64,000 bases of DNA from a virus (lineage: Duplodnaviria > Caudoviricetes): IMG/VR virus record IMGVR_UViG_641736227_000002. The stretch is one strand, 5' to 3'. The notes under the pieces were generated by a model. It was not told the origin of the DNA, searched no databases, and worked only from the letters and a program-made list of their open reading frames with translations. A program made the translations under genes and the position numbers. This document shows, one piece after another, positions 63,137 to 64,000 of this stretch (its first letter is position 1; every line of letters begins with the position of its first letter).

Positions 63137-64000
63137 TTATTCGTTATCTTCATCAGAAACTGAATTATTCTCATCTACACCTTCAATAATCAGCTTTCTT
63201 AAATTCTCATGATATACCTTAAATCTATCATTGCCTTTTGAAGCATTAAATGTTTCAATTACCGTTTCAAGACTCTTATATCTGCGAGTATCAAATGTAT
63301 CCGGATGAGAAAATTTGAATGCATCATCCCAAAGATATTTAATTACCTTTTCTGCAAATCGAGCATTCTTATGTTCAGCCTCTATGATTTGTTTCTCAGA
63401 ATCCCCATCTTGTGTTTCAACATAAGCTAAGTCATCTGCAGATACAAAGTAAGCACCTAAACGCTTATCTTCAGAAGACGTCACATTATTTCTACGCAGG
63501 ATTTCTTCATTAATTGCCTCACAGAACTGTTTCCAAGATACAGTAGTATCAAGAATCGGTTTGTCAGCATATTCATGCTTAACAAAAGAATTCTTTATCA
63601 TTCTCATAATCCATCTGCGTTGGAAAGCTGTATCAAGAGTAAAAACATTTTGGTCAGATGTATTCATTGTACCAAGAATAGAGAGGTTAGCAGGTATACG
63701 AACCTTTCTTTCTGAATCACCATATACCTCTAAAGCAATATTTTCATTAGTAATTCCGTATTCACTTGTACCTTTTTTAAAGCCATCCTTATCTTTATCC
63801 ATTCTATCAAGCAGCTGGAATATCTCACCAAAGATAGCCGGTGCGTTACCTCTATTAATTTCTTCGATGACAAGATAATATGACCTTTGTGGGTCTTCAT
63901 ATGCCTTCTTTAAAATCTTGGTAAATGGTCCCGGTTTGAACTCGTATCGCACCTTTTCCTTGCCTTCGTCATCTTTTTTTACAACAGGAAGAATTTGACC
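63137..64000 (-). CDS. McrB-like AAA+ GTPase (LlaJI R1 type), 5'-truncated by the window edge
   Basis: IEEINRGN, FGEIFQLLDR, TMNTSDQN, DTAFQRRW; frame is open to base 64000. Confidence 0.9.
   Translation of the reverse strand, partial: GQILPVVKKDDEGKEKVRYEFKPGPFTKILKKAYEDPQRSYYLVIEEINRGNAPAIFGEIFQLLDRMDKDKDGFKKGTSEYGITNENIALEVYGDSERKVRIPANLSILGTMNTSDQNVFTLDTAFQRRWIMRMIKNSFVKHEYADKPILDTTVSWKQFCEAINEEILRRNNVTSSEDKRLGAYFVSADDLAYVETQDGDSEKQIIEAEHKNARFAEKVIKYLWDDAFKFSHPDTFDTRRYKSLETVIETFNASKGNDRFKVYHENLRKLIIEGVDENNSVSDEDNE

Larger units (their letters stand above)
15082..64000 (-). mobile_element. Element B: phi-m46.1/phiSsUD.1-like prophage with twin serine recombinases and defence cargo; far end lies beyond the window
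   Basis: Order sigma-DUF2800-SSB-PolA-primase-VRR-NUC-SNF2-HNH-TerS-MetK-MTases-TerL-portal-Clp-capsid-tail-lysis-recombinases is characteristic of this family. Confidence 0.85.

Noticed and set aside
1-64000. tRNA, rRNA, IS transposase or antibiotic-resistance genes
   Set aside because: None recognised by eye. A tRNAscan/Rfam run would be needed to exclude small RNAs formally.

Overview
The window is entirely mobile DNA, probably from a Clostridia/Lachnospiraceae-like Firmicute (inferred from gene families and RBS/promoter style), and holds two elements. Element A (1-~15081) is the tail and lysis end of a siphovirus prophage: gp15-type chaperone, tape measure, Dit, Tal, receptor-binding protein, holin, amidase and Rha. 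Beyond its lysis genes is an accessory island of small proteins. Two divergent operons there start from a perfect 158-bp inverted duplication (promoter plus N-terminal leader) flanking a small HTH regulator, a layout typical of anti-CRISPR/Aca loci. The island ends in a separately promoted ~100-nt non-coding RNA shaped like a single type I-B CRISPR repeat plus pseudo-spacer. Element B (~15082 to beyond 64000) is a near-complete phi-m46.1/phiSsUD.1-like prophage that appears to interrupt a tail-chaperone gene of element A. It carries twin serine recombinases, lysis, tail and HK97-type head genes, terminase, a MetK plus two methyltransferases, DNA polymerase A, a P4-type primase and a phage sigma-like factor. 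Defence cargo sits at both ends: an HTH-GmrSD-DUF6508-unknown-pair operon and a LlaJI/McrBC-like system. Other signals are an RBS-bearing out-of-frame gene nested in a multi-TRD C5 methyltransferase, two three-copy phage promoter motifs, an attenuator-like RNA leader in front of the sigma gene, and a -1 frameshift in the tail chaperone. All family assignments come from motif recognition by eye; no database searches were run.
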